DNA of 64,000 bases from a virus. The notes beneath the pieces were generated by a model. That model did no database searches, was not told the DNA's origin, and worked only from the letters and a program-made list of their open reading frames with translations. The stretch spans positions 36,828 to 100,827 of the IMG/VR virus record IMGVR_UViG_3300031519_006967; one strand, 5' to 3'. Both the position numbers and the translations under genes were made by a program. This document shows, piece by piece, positions 49,851-59,470 of this stretch (its first letter is position 1; every line of letters begins with the position of its first letter).

Positions 49851-50507
49851 TTCGTCATCTTCATCAGCGTAATCTCGCATGATGTTGTTGAATTCTTCCT
49901 GATTATTACTTCTATTAAATAATCCTTTAACCGATGTTACATATCGAATTGGGATGTTTTTAGCATTAAGTTGCGTTTCCACCCTCTCAATATATTTAAT
50001 TTGGTCTAGATATTCCTCGTCGAACCTGTCCTTATAATTACCTTCTAAAAATTCCTTGGGTAAGAACATGATGGCGCTTTTCACAAAATGATCTAGTGGT
50101 TCAAATCTTTTGTTTTTAGGTTTAATGACATCTTCTAATTGCCCGTTGTCCTTTCCATGGAATTCCATATAATCTGGGTCTTGGCTAATTTCCTTCCACG
50201 ACATGCCATGTTCCTCCATCTCATCTGCCTCTAAATCGTCGTTGGGGTTCCCGTAGTAAGTAAAATTATCAGTTCCATGTGCGTGTCCTTTATATTTTTG
50301 ATTCACCTTATCTCCATCAAATTCAAAAATCACACCAATCAACCTATAATTTATGTGATACTTCCCAGTTAAGCTTCTGGTGGTACTAAGACCCCCATTA
50401 GCCTTTATGTAATTCCCTTCTAGTGCTTTGTGTGCGTTATCGAATGATATCATATGATACACAATGGATGATACTGATTCCATTAAAAATTCTTTGAACC
50501 TTAACAT
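49842..50507 (-). CDS. Hypothetical protein with CTS-like N-terminus, possible ART-like fold
   Basis: MLRFKEFLME; VYH...LSTTRS...VIFEFDG...EDVI. Confidence 0.55.
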   Translation of the reverse strand: MLRFKEFLMESVSSIVYHMISFDNAHKALEGNYIKANGGLSTTRSLTGKYHINYRLIGVIFEFDGDKVNQKYKGHAHGTDNFTYYGNPNDDLEADEMEEHGMSWKEISQDPDYMEFHGKDNGQLEDVIKPKNKRFEPLDHFVKSAIMFLPKEFLEGNYKDRFDEEYLDQIKYIERVETQLNAKNIPIRYVTSVKGLFNRSNNQEEFNNIMRDYADEDDELE

Positions 50508-50543
50508 AATATTATTTATATTATTTATATTATAAATAAATAT

Positions 50544-51236
50544 ATGACCACTAAATTCTCAAAATTATATAATGAGGCAGTTGAGAACTCTATGAAATCG
50601 TCGATTGAAACGATTGCCCAGTCCGATGTTGAGACTATTAAAAATTCAGATGTTGATGAACAAGACATTTCCGATATTAAAACTCTTCATAACAAACTAG
50701 CAGCAATGGGTAATGATATGAAGCAAATGCAAGAAGCATTGAAGGCGTCATCTAATATAGAGCAGAGACAGCAAAAAATACAAAAAGGGTCTGGTGGTGG
50801 TAAGGTTCTTAAGACTGCTGGGACTATTGGCGGGGCAACTGGAGCCAGCATTTCTGGTAATGCCATATATAAAATTTATAATAATTTAGAACAAAGTGTG
50901 GCGGAATTTCAACAATGGTTGAATACTTCTAAACAATTTATGGAATCTGGGTTAGTGCAAAAGGCTAATACGGTTGCAAGTAAGATTTCGGGGTTTTTCT
51001 CACCAAATACTGATGATGGTATGGGGAACATGGATTCAAATACTTCCCCCAGTTTAGGTGATATGCCCCTAGAACAAATGTTGGAAAATATAGATATGGC
51101 TAAATTTGGACTATATGTTATGGCCATAAGTTACATTGTCCATGCTCTTGGTAAAATCTTACAATGGATGGAAGGTAAATACCACACATCTAGACTTAAA
51201 TCTGATAGGAAATCATACATTAACCAGACTAAATAA
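50544..51236 (+). CDS. Hypothetical protein with CTS-like N-terminus and hydrophobic helices
   Basis: MTTKFSKLYNE; FGLYVMAISYIVHALG. Confidence 0.65.
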   Translation: MTTKFSKLYNEAVENSMKSSIETIAQSDVETIKNSDVDEQDISDIKTLHNKLAAMGNDMKQMQEALKASSNIEQRQQKIQKGSGGGKVLKTAGTIGGATGASISGNAIYKIYNNLEQSVAEFQQWLNTSKQFMESGLVQKANTVASKISGFFSPNTDDGMGNMDSNTSPSLGDMPLEQMLENIDMAKFGLYVMAISYIVHALGKILQWMEGKYHTSRLKSDRKSYINQTK

Positions 51237-51240
51237 TATT

Positions 51241-51519
51241 ATGGACAGAGACGCATTAGGAAAATTACAACAAATAGTGGAATCTATGGATTTTGAATCT
51301 AGTGTAGAGGATGGTTATGATATTAGCACTGCGGATAATGAGCATAAAAATAAGCAGAATAGGGCTATTATTGAGAAACAGATAAAGGGGCTTATAGCAT
51401 ATTATAGAACTCTCAAAGAATCGACCGAGAATAATAGAGATATGGCCGCGATTGAACGCTTAGACGAACTAAAAAAATATGTTACGATACATCTCAACCA
51501 ATTCTCGCAGTGGACATAA
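51241..51519 (+). CDS. Hypothetical protein
   Basis: TAAATA 5 nt before ATG 51241. Confidence 0.6.
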   Translation: MDRDALGKLQQIVESMDFESSVEDGYDISTADNEHKNKQNRAIIEKQIKGLIAYYRTLKESTENNRDMAAIERLDELKKYVTIHLNQFSQWT

Positions 51520-51584
51520 AAATTAACTATCATAATTAAATATATAAAGAATTAAAAGCCACCTAAAAAAATATAAGTATTGGT

Positions 51585-54500
51585 ATGCCACAATTAAATT
51601 TAACAATTGAATCACCAGGTGTAGAGATACGAGAAGTAGACCTATCATTAAATCCTGATATTCCCATCGGAACCAATGTTTATGTGGTCGGTTTTACCCC
51701 ACAAGGTCCAACCGATGAGCCAACAAACCTTTCCAGTCTAGTTGAATTCGAAGAGATTTTTGGTCTCCCAGAGTCAGCAGCAGAAAGATATGCACACAAC
51801 GCAGTTAAACAAATTATCACAACTTCGAATTCGAATGTGTTGTTTACTAGAATGCCTTACGGGTCTGCTTGTGGTATAGGCTACGCTAATTCATATTCTG
51901 CAATGGTATTCCCAACAGTGGGCCTATCCGCAACAGAAGTTGATGTGTGTACGTATTACCAAGGATTATCCGAGGCGGAAGTAAGTGAAAACTACCCATG
52001 GTTACATGGGGATTATTATGTGAAACCATCACTATGCATTGGATCAAATAAATTCGATTGCCCACAAACACCACTGACAGACAGTGGAGGGAGTTTTGTG
52101 GCTCACGACTTTAAATTCGAGTATGCTGGAAAACTTAAAAATATTAAATGGGTTGTTGATGATGATACATCATCTGAAACGTTCTCAGCGTTCCTACTTA
52201 GACCAGAAGCAGACTCATTGGATTGTACCTTTGATGTCGTAACAGCAATTAACCTACAGGATTACGCTACAGGCGATGAAGATACCGCAGGATTAAGTAT
52301 TGCTAATGGAGTAGCAGATTGGGATTTAACTACTGGACCTGATGGCGGATTGCCAGTTCAGGCAGGAGACTTAATCGCAACTTGGGACACTGCTGGAGTT
52401 TTTAAATATTATATCTCATCTAACGGTAGCTCTACTATCCTTTCGGGTAATAATCCAATCGTTGGAGATACCTTTTATGCAGCAGGTTCAGCAGATGGAA
52501 CTAATTGCCTAAGCGGTAGCCTAGATTATCTTATTGATTTCTGCTACAGCCCAACTAATTCAGGACTATCTTGCGATACCCTGACTTCTTTAGGAGTAAC
52601 AGTTCCAGAAAACGCAAAATATACCTACAACCCAGTTGGAGGTGATTGTCAGCTTAATGACGCTAACTACTACGTTCTGGGTCAACCAATTCACGTTACT
52701 CTAAGTGACGCAGAATACGAATTACTTAAAAATCAGCAGTTCAATTGGAAGTGCGGATGTTTCGAGAATAATGAAGCATTGCTAGACCTTGAAGGAAATG
52801 ATGTTCGCGCAGGACTAATCGTTGTAAACGAAGCTAAGACTGCTCAACTCGAAGACTTCAGTGGTTACTACCTTGCTATCAACGATAACTTGAATTTTAA
52901 CCCATCTACCGACTTCGACGAAGTTACTGGTATTTGCGGTAGATTCGATGAAGAATGTTTGGAAATTGAAGGTGCATGGACGCCATTACCAGAAGAGAGG
53001 CTTAATTTTGAAGTATCAGCCGCTTTTGATGGTAATGCGGGTTCTATATCAGAAATAATCGAACAGGGCGCAGGGCTTGATTTGGGGGCAGTGGAATACA
53101 ACGACTCGATTGTTGTATCACTCTTCAAATTGAGACCTACGCGATTCACTGAAGATATTACTAAGTTGGACCAAATCTTGGTTGAAAAATTCACAGGTTC
53201 ATTGAACTCTGAAAGAATGGTTCAGGATAGCTTTGGTGGACCACCTAGAACATCTTTCATTGAGGAAGTTGTTAATAGGGGATCAAACAATCTTACAATG
53301 TTTGTTAATCCATTCTTATCAGATAACAATTGCTGGAATGACGCAAAGGGAACTCCACAAAAATCCGTAAGGGTTTTCCGTGAAGCTACTGGTGGAGTAT
53401 TCGACAACTTCGATGCCGATGATGCACTTAAAGCGTTCGGTGATAACTTGTATGGTATTGGCCAATATACAGGCCATTGTCAAGATGCTACATATGAACT
53501 ATGTGTCCAGAAGGACGTTGGTTCATTGCCTTGTAAACTTGAGAGAGCCTTGGTATGCGCAGACAATCCACTTGAATATGATATCGACATTACTGTTGAT
53601 GCTGGTCTATCCACAATTTGGGGTACAAGACAAGCAACGTCAGATGATGATTGTAACAGTCCAGTAGCTACATGCTACCACTTCGATGATTCAGTATACA
53701 TTAATACAGATAGCCTATCTCCTAGAGATGGAACTACCTTGAATAGTGATCTTAAGGATGGTTGGGCTACGGTTAACAATGCTTTCATAAGCTTCGCTAA
53801 GCGTGATTCCGATCCAACTTACGCGGGTCACCTGCACATCTCCGATCCACAAAGACAAATCTTTATTAATGGTAAAGACTTTAAAGTTGTGAAGAGACAG
53901 AAGCAAGTATTACTAGACCCTGTGACTGGAAACATCTCTAAGAAGTATAGCACGTTCTCACGTAACATATATACATATCTTAAGAATCTATACGATGGTG
54001 TTAACTCATCATATGTAGCGGCTTATCCTAACTGGATTCGTGATTACGACACAAGTAGAGATAAATACTGTTGGTTCCCAGCTTCTTCCTACGCGGCAGC
54101 AGCAATGGCACGAACAGATCAAAACTTCTTCCCATGGTTCGCGCCAATGGGACCAACTAGAGGTGTCTTATCTAACGTTATTGATCTTGCAATCAATCCG
54201 AATCAAAAGGAAAGAGACTTGCTTTACAGAATCAATCTTAACCCAATCGTTAACCTACCAGGAGAAGGAAACTTAATCTGGGGTCAGAAGACGATGTTAA
54301 GAGCGCCTTCTGCACTTGATAGACTCAACGTAAGAAGAGGTCTCCTAGAGTGGGAGAAAGCTACACAGAGAACGTTATGGCAGTTCATTGGTGAGCCAAA
54401 CACAATCATTACTAGAACAAGAGTTGAGAATACTCTGAAGCCTATTTTTGAGAATGCTAAGCAGAATCAGGGACTTTATGACTACTTGGTCGTATGTGAC

Positions 54501-54641
54501 GAGAGAAATAACAATTTTTCAACTATTGACCAAAATGTTCTAAATGTTGACATTTATCTGAAGCCAGTTAAGGCGATGGAATTCATAAAAGCGAACTTTA
54601 TTGTTACTAGAACTGGAATTGACTTCGGTGAGCTTCTCTAA
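51585..54641 (+). CDS. Contractile tail sheath protein (T4 gp18-like)
   Basis: SPGVEIREVDLS, GPTDEP, PWFAPMGPTRG, INLNPI, WGQKT, LDRLNVRR, VVCDERNN, YLKPVKAMEFI. Confidence 0.96.
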   Translation: MPQLNLTIESPGVEIREVDLSLNPDIPIGTNVYVVGFTPQGPTDEPTNLSSLVEFEEIFGLPESAAERYAHNAVKQIITTSNSNVLFTRMPYGSACGIGYANSYSAMVFPTVGLSATEVDVCTYYQGLSEAEVSENYPWLHGDYYVKPSLCIGSNKFDCPQTPLTDSGGSFVAHDFKFEYAGKLKNIKWVVDDDTSSETFSAFLLRPEADSLDCTFDVVTAINLQDYATGDEDTAGLSIANGVADWDLTTGPDGGLPVQAGDLIATWDTAGVFKYYISSNGSSTILSGNNPIVGDTFYAAGSADGTNCLSGSLDYLIDFCYSPTNSGLSCDTLTSLGVTVPENAKYTYNPVGGDCQLNDANYYVLGQPIHVTLSDAEYELLKNQQFNWKCGCFENNEALLDLEGNDVRAGLIVVNEAKTAQLEDFSGYYLAINDNLNFNPSTDFDEVTGICGRFDEECLEIEGAWTPLPEERLNFEVSAAFDGNAGSISEIIEQGAGLDLGAVEYNDSIVVSLFKLRPTRFTEDITKLDQILVEKFTGSLNSERMVQDSFGGPPRTSFIEEVVNRGSNNLTMFVNPFLSDNNCWNDAKGTPQKSVRVFREATGGVFDNFDADDALKAFGDNLYGIGQYTGHCQDATYELCVQKDVGSLPCKLERALVCADNPLEYDIDITVDAGLSTIWGTRQATSDDDCNSPVATCYHFDDSVYINTDSLSPRDGTTLNSDLKDGWATVNNAFISFAKRDSDPTYAGHLHISDPQRQIFINGKDFKVVKRQKQVLLDPVTGNISKKYSTFSRNIYTYLKNLYDGVNSSYVAAYPNWIRDYDTSRDKYCWFPASSYAAAAMARTDQNFFPWFAPMGPTRGVLSNVIDLAINPNQKERDLLYRINLNPIVNLPGEGNLIWGQKTMLRAPSALDRLNVRRGLLEWEKATQRTLWQFIGEPNTIITRTRVENTLKPIFENAKQNQGLYDYLVVCDERNNNFSTIDQNVLNVDIYLKPVKAMEFIKANFIVTRTGIDFGELL

Positions 54642-54663
54642 AATACATTAAATAAAATTGTAG

Positions 54664-54699
54664 AAAAGAACCAAGGATTAATTTCCTTGGTTCTTTTTT
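54664..54699 (+). terminator. Rho-independent terminator
   Basis: AAAAGAACCAAGGA-TTAATT-TCCTTGGTTCTTTTTT. Confidence 0.8.
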
Positions 54700-54754
54700 A
54701 TGTATATGTATTTGATATTTGACTTAAACCTATAGGTATGTTATAATTATAACT

Positions 54755-56440
54755 ATGGATAAATCTATATATTTGGAGGATTTTAGGGAGGCATATCCCA
54801 AACATTATGTTAGACTGATAATGAGGGATAATCCTGAGTATTATGAAGCCGCCGTGGAATATTGCCGTGAGTTGGGTTTAGATTCTAATGCTAAACTATT
54901 ATACCATTATGCCCACGATTTGGATGTTATTCCTGATTGTAAAACTTGCGGAGATCAAATAAAAGTATTTGGGGTTAACAATAATAGAGCATACAACTCC
55001 TTTTGTGGAAAGTCGTGTGCAGCATCAAACCCAGAAGTGATAAAACTAAGGGTGGCGAATAGAACTGAATCCGCTATAGATATTTTAAATAAAAAGAAAC
55101 AAACAATACTATCTAAAGATGTAGTAATAGATGAGAAAACATTCCGTCAGTTTATTAACAAGATGGAGGATACCAATATAACAAATATTGAGAAAACACT
55201 CATTGCACATCACCCCGATATTTATAATTACTATTATAAAATCCATGGAGATTTAAATCCAAATGAAGTGGTATATTTAATTAAAAATGATATGGATAAG
55301 CCACATTGTCCTGATTGTAATATACCTTTAAAATTTGAGACGTATATTAAAGGTTACGTATCGGGATGCTCCACCCCCGCATGTTATGGGAAAGCGTCAG
55401 GTAGAACTAAAAGAGCAAAACACTATCATATATGGGAACCTAGATTAAACGCAAAGAATATTAAAATCCTTTCTGATATTGATCAGTATGTTGATGATGG
55501 TGTCATTACTCTAAACTGCACAAAATGTGATCATACGTGGGATAGAAAGGTACACACTACTATTCATGGTGGTTGTCCTAATTGTAGGGTATCCAAACCT
55601 GAAATGGAAGTATTTGAATTTATAAATGAGGAATCTAAAGTATCGAACACTAGAAAAATAATACCACCTCTAGAATTAGATATATACATCCCAAATCACT
55701 CCTTGGCAATTGAGTTTAATGGAATCTACTGGCACTCCGAATTAAGTGGAAAGGATAAACAATACCATTTAAATAAAACCAAAGTATGTGAGTCTAAAAA
55801 TATCCAATTACTTCATATATTTGAAAGTGAGTGGAAATTTAAAGAAGATATTTGGAAATCTATTATAAACACAAAGCTGGGTAATAATATTAGAATATAT
55901 GGGCGTAAGTGTAAAATTAAAGAAATTGATACATCTATAAAGAATGAATTTCTGGACTATAACCACCTACAAGGACAAGACAAGGCATCCATAAAATTAG
56001 GACTATTTCACGAAGAAGAGTTAGTATCGGTCATGACGTTCTGTAAGTCTAGATTCGATAAGGGATACCAATGGGAGCTTAGTCGCTTTGCATCTAAATT
56101 AAACACTTCAATTATAGGGGGAGCATCAAAGCTTCTTAAATATTTTACTAGAAATTACAAACCCGAAAGTCTAATATCATATGCTAATAGACGACACAGT
56201 AATGGGAATTTATATAAACAACTGGGATTCTCTTTCCTTCGTGATAGTCCACCAAATTACTTTTATTTTAAAGGCAGTGATTGTTGGGATTTAAAATCTA
56301 GGCAACAGTTCCAGAAGCATAAGTTGGAAGATAAGTTGGAAGAATTCGACCGCAATCTATCTGAATGGGAGAACATGAAGATCAATGGATATGACAGAAT
56401 TTGGGATTGTGGTAATAGTGTTTGGTCTCTAATATTATAA
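54755..56440 (+). CDS. Free-standing Hef-like homing endonuclease (Zn fingers, PD-(D/E)xK domain, GNAT-like C-domain)
   Basis: Several CxxC motifs; ELDIYIP..LAIEFNGIYWH, LLHIFESEW; NHLQG, ELSRFA, GGASKLL, YDRIWDCG. Confidence 0.8.
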   Translation: MDKSIYLEDFREAYPKHYVRLIMRDNPEYYEAAVEYCRELGLDSNAKLLYHYAHDLDVIPDCKTCGDQIKVFGVNNNRAYNSFCGKSCAASNPEVIKLRVANRTESAIDILNKKKQTILSKDVVIDEKTFRQFINKMEDTNITNIEKTLIAHHPDIYNYYYKIHGDLNPNEVVYLIKNDMDKPHCPDCNIPLKFETYIKGYVSGCSTPACYGKASGRTKRAKHYHIWEPRLNAKNIKILSDIDQYVDDGVITLNCTKCDHTWDRKVHTTIHGGCPNCRVSKPEMEVFEFINEESKVSNTRKIIPPLELDIYIPNHSLAIEFNGIYWHSELSGKDKQYHLNKTKVCESKNIQLLHIFESEWKFKEDIWKSIINTKLGNNIRIYGRKCKIKEIDTSIKNEFLDYNHLQGQDKASIKLGLFHEEELVSVMTFCKSRFDKGYQWELSRFASKLNTSIIGGASKLLKYFTRNYKPESLISYANRRHSNGNLYKQLGFSFLRDSPPNYFYFKGSDCWDLKSRQQFQKHKLEDKLEEFDRNLSEWENMKINGYDRIWDCGNSVWSLIL

Positions 56441-56493
56441 ATAATAAAGTTAGTTAGTAATATTTTATTAGGATAATAAATATAAATAATATT

Positions 56494-56745
56494 ATGATAG
56501 TTTATCCACAAGCATTAGAAACAGACCTAACCACAGCTACAACAGTACAAGACGCACTTTACGTAAGCGTTATTAATACTGGAACAGTAGCATTAATAAC
56601 AATTAGAGCTAATCCAGATACAGCAGATAATCGACGCAGTATAACTCTTGACGCGGGGGAACGAGCAGTCATCCGAAAGGAAAGAACAGACACTTTAGAG
56701 GGTGGAGTGGCTTTTAAAGCAGTTCCAGTCATTCGTCAGCAGTAA
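56494..56745 (+). CDS. Hypothetical protein
   Basis: 83-aa ORF, TATAAATA 5 nt upstream. Confidence 0.65.
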   Translation: MIVYPQALETDLTTATTVQDALYVSVINTGTVALITIRANPDTADNRRSITLDAGERAVIRKERTDTLEGGVAFKAVPVIRQQ

Positions 56746-56772
56746 AATGTATCTTAAGGTATAAATATTACT

Positions 56773-57447
56773 ATGCCACTAGGATCAATTAGAAACGCTT
56801 ATGATGTATACCAACAACACGATTTCTCGCGTTCTTTTCAATTCCGTATCATTTCAATGTTCGGAGTACCTGACTATGTTCTACGAGAGGTCGTAGAAAA
56901 GCCAGTTGGGGAGGGAGGTGCGCTTTATTTAAAGACTGCATCTATACCAGGAAGAACCGTAAATGATATTACTGTACCATACCAGGGTTTTGAATTTCAC
57001 ACGCCCGGTTCTGTAAAATACGACGATAATCCATGGACTGTTACATTTAAAACGCCAGGTGATTATCTAGTAAGAAATGCTCTGGAAAGATGGCACTTTG
57101 AAATGTTTAGTGACGAGACATCATGCGGGAATTTTGGAATACCTTGTGCAGATACAGTAATCCGAATCGGTTTAACTGATGCAACTTCTTGTAGTATTAT
57201 TAGAACATATGACCTAGTGGGTGTATATCCATCTAAGTTAGGACCAATTGCTTATAATATTGAGTCTACTGACCTTACGGAGTTCTCAGTGGATTTCTTC
57301 TACCAGTATTGGAGATTAGTTCCGAACAACGACACGGGAAATGTGGATTCCACCACTTCTGAAGGCTCTAAAATTGATGAAACTTATGGAGATTACCATA
57401 CTTCAATTATTCAGACTGATGAAAATTGCGGAGTCCCTGCTGTTTAA
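56773..57447 (+). CDS. Tail tube protein (T4 gp19-like)
   Basis: KTASIPGR, VPYQG, WTVTF, RNALERW, YDLVGVYP, FSVDFFYQYW. Confidence 0.88.
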   Translation: MPLGSIRNAYDVYQQHDFSRSFQFRIISMFGVPDYVLREVVEKPVGEGGALYLKTASIPGRTVNDITVPYQGFEFHTPGSVKYDDNPWTVTFKTPGDYLVRNALERWHFEMFSDETSCGNFGIPCADTVIRIGLTDATSCSIIRTYDLVGVYPSKLGPIAYNIESTDLTEFSVDFFYQYWRLVPNNDTGNVDSTTSEGSKIDETYGDYHTSIIQTDENCGVPAV

Positions 57448-57460
57448 TTAAAATTTAATG

Positions 57461-57494
57461 AAAAAAGCCGACTCAATTAAGAGTCGGCTTTTTT
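57461..57494. terminator. Bidirectional terminator between convergent genes
   Basis: AAAAAAGCCGACTC-AATTAA-GAGTCGGCTTTTTT. Confidence 0.85.
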
Positions 57495-57498
57495 GTGT

Positions 57499-57720
57499 TT
57501 AAGTTAAAACTAATATAGAATTAATAAATTTATCAGCGTCTTCAATGGAGGGGAAGGGTATTGAAAATTGTTGACCTTCCGTTAAGTTCCTAAAATAATA
57601 AACAAACTCATCCTCTATTTTCCTCATAGTTGCAATATCATAGATGTTTCCTAATTTAAATTTAGGGTGTTGGCCATTATTTTTAATAATTTTAAATCTT
57701 TTACCTGGTATGTGGTTCAT
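57499..57720 (-). CDS. Hypothetical protein
   Basis: 73 aa, ATGA overlap with the upstream gene. Confidence 0.6.
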   Translation of the reverse strand: MNHIPGKRFKIIKNNGQHPKFKLGNIYDIATMRKIEDEFVYYFRNLTEGQQFSIPFPSIEDADKFINSILVLT

Positions 57721-57995
57721 AGAATGCCCTGTCTCACTAATCCATCATTATTACCCTTCCTAGCTTGTTGGATTTCGTATAGAATGTCACCGCTAATTGG
57801 GTCAACATATTCATCAATTATTTTTTTGGTATTTAAATTGATATTATCTGTGTCTACGTCGTATCGCTCTGCATGGTTGTAAATTACCTCTAGTCCCTGC
57901 ATTAATGCCCACCACCTAGAGAACTCTAGGTCGGACATTTCAGATGCCTTTTTCATAGGCGTTGTATTATTGTCTAGTATTGACTTAGCTATCAT
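57717..57995 (-). CDS. Hypothetical protein
   Basis: 92 aa, ATGA overlap with the upstream gene. Confidence 0.65.
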   Translation of the reverse strand: MIAKSILDNNTTPMKKASEMSDLEFSRWWALMQGLEVIYNHAERYDVDTDNINLNTKKIIDEYVDPISGDILYEIQQARKGNNDGLVRQGIL

Positions 57996-58432
57996 AGTAT
58001 TTCGATTTTGTATTTTCCGATGAACGGAATGCCCTTAATGGTTATTCCGCTAACGTAACGTCCAACGTCATCACTAGATTGAATGAATTCGATGTTATAT
58101 TTATTGATACCTGTGGCATCGCAAAGATTAAATGAATCATCTTGGAGTTTTGCAACTTGGATTGTGCCTCTATCTGAATTTCTATAATTGTTTAATATCA
58201 TAGTAATTAGGTGTTCGAAGTTTTTCATTTCTATACAATTAGAAAACCAAAACTCAAAAGTCGGAGTTTTGGTTTCTTTTTCTACTGTATATGATACGAA
58301 GTTCTTCTGGACTTTCTCTTCAGTTCCGTAATACTCTAACAATTTTTTATATTTGTCAGGTTTTACGATTATCTCTCTTCCAGTGACTTTACATGTCAAC
58401 GTTCGGTTGACCTTTTTAATTCCGTTACTCAT
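57992..58432 (-). CDS. Hypothetical protein
   Basis: 146 aa, part of the tightly packed minus-strand operon. Confidence 0.65.
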   Translation of the reverse strand: MSNGIKKVNRTLTCKVTGREIIVKPDKYKKLLEYYGTEEKVQKNFVSYTVEKETKTPTFEFWFSNCIEMKNFEHLITMILNNYRNSDRGTIQVAKLQDDSFNLCDATGINKYNIEFIQSSDDVGRYVSGITIKGIPFIGKYKIEIL

Positions 58433-58433
58433 C

Positions 58434-58871
58434 TTAGTGTAATATGTTTACCAGTAGTGCAGCTAACCCTGCTCTGAAGTAATCATTCTCTATCTTACTA
58501 CCATCTACAAAATTAGCAAGTAGTTTTTTAGTAGTTTCCATTGATTTAGTGATTTCTTCCAGTGCCTCAAACTCGCTGTCCTTAGTGATGGTTTGTTTCA
58601 TGGCCGATATGTATATTTCAAATACTTTACAGAATTGTTCTTTTGTATCTTTTTTAGATTTAGATACTCTACCATAGTGCCGAATCATCTTATAGAAGTC
58701 ATCGATTTTAGGATATTGGGAGAAGTGACTATTAATAGTCTCTGTAACTTCCCCTGCCGTTTTAGGTATAGGTGTGTCTAATTTCGTAGCGCCAATATCG
58801 CTACCCAATAGGTGTTCTTCGTTTACTTCTGTATTATCAACAAAAACGGAATCTGGTGTCATAATTCCCAT
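58434..58871 (-). CDS. Hypothetical protein
   Basis: 145 aa, part of the same operon. Confidence 0.65.
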   Translation of the reverse strand: MGIMTPDSVFVDNTEVNEEHLLGSDIGATKLDTPIPKTAGEVTETINSHFSQYPKIDDFYKMIRHYGRVSKSKKDTKEQFCKVFEIYISAMKQTITKDSEFEALEEITKSMETTKKLLANFVDGSKIENDYFRAGLAALLVNILH

Positions 58872-59290
58872 TATCCTACTGATATCCCATTTTGCTTAGC
58901 AAAGAAGTCTACAGCATCTGTAATTGGCTCCGTAGTAGTCGCTGTAGTGAAGTTAATCCAAATGGAGTTCTTGACTCCACATCCCACACACACAAACTCA
59001 GTTTCAGTTAAATCTAACTCTACATCATTTTCCATAGCGCAGCCCTGACAGGTTAAGGGGACTAGATATTGCTTGAATTCCAGTGCATCATATTTAACCA
59101 GAGACTCCTCAATTCTGTTATACTCTTTGTGGTGTTTATGCCAGTAGGTATAGAACCATTGTAGCCCTACGCCAATTGCCGTAATTCCCCACCAAGATAT
59201 ATCAAATAGAAGGAACAATCCTAACCCAACCAAAAATGATGGTAAGATCAGCAATGATAATGCTATTAGTAGTCGTAAAACCCCTTTCAT
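58871..59290 (-). CDS. Membrane protein with C-terminal Zn ribbon
   Basis: Two N-terminal hydrophobic helices; CQGC...CVGC. Confidence 0.7.
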   Translation of the reverse strand: MKGVLRLLIALSLLILPSFLVGLGLFLLFDISWWGITAIGVGLQWFYTYWHKHHKEYNRIEESLVKYDALEFKQYLVPLTCQGCAMENDVELDLTETEFVCVGCGVKNSIWINFTTATTTEPITDAVDFFAKQNGISVG

Positions 59291-59291
59291 A

Positions 59292-59462
59292 TTATTTATC
59301 TCTTTCTGCTGTGATGCCGTGTTTTACGAAAGTTCCACACCTACATCTCCAATGGCACTCTGTTATAATTTTGCTTTCCTGTAACCTTTCTGTTTCTTTA
59401 CCTCGAACGGATGATCCGCATCTAGGGCAGGTTATTGGTATGTTTCTGATAATGTTATTCAT
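59292..59462 (-). CDS. Small Zn-ribbon protein (56 aa, not in ORF track)
   Basis: MNNIIRNIPITCPRCG...WRCRCG; TAAGTA 5 nt upstream. Confidence 0.65.
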   Translation of the reverse strand: MNNIIRNIPITCPRCGSSVRGKETERLQESKIITECHWRCRCGTFVKHGITAERDK

Positions 59463-59470
59463 GATATTAC

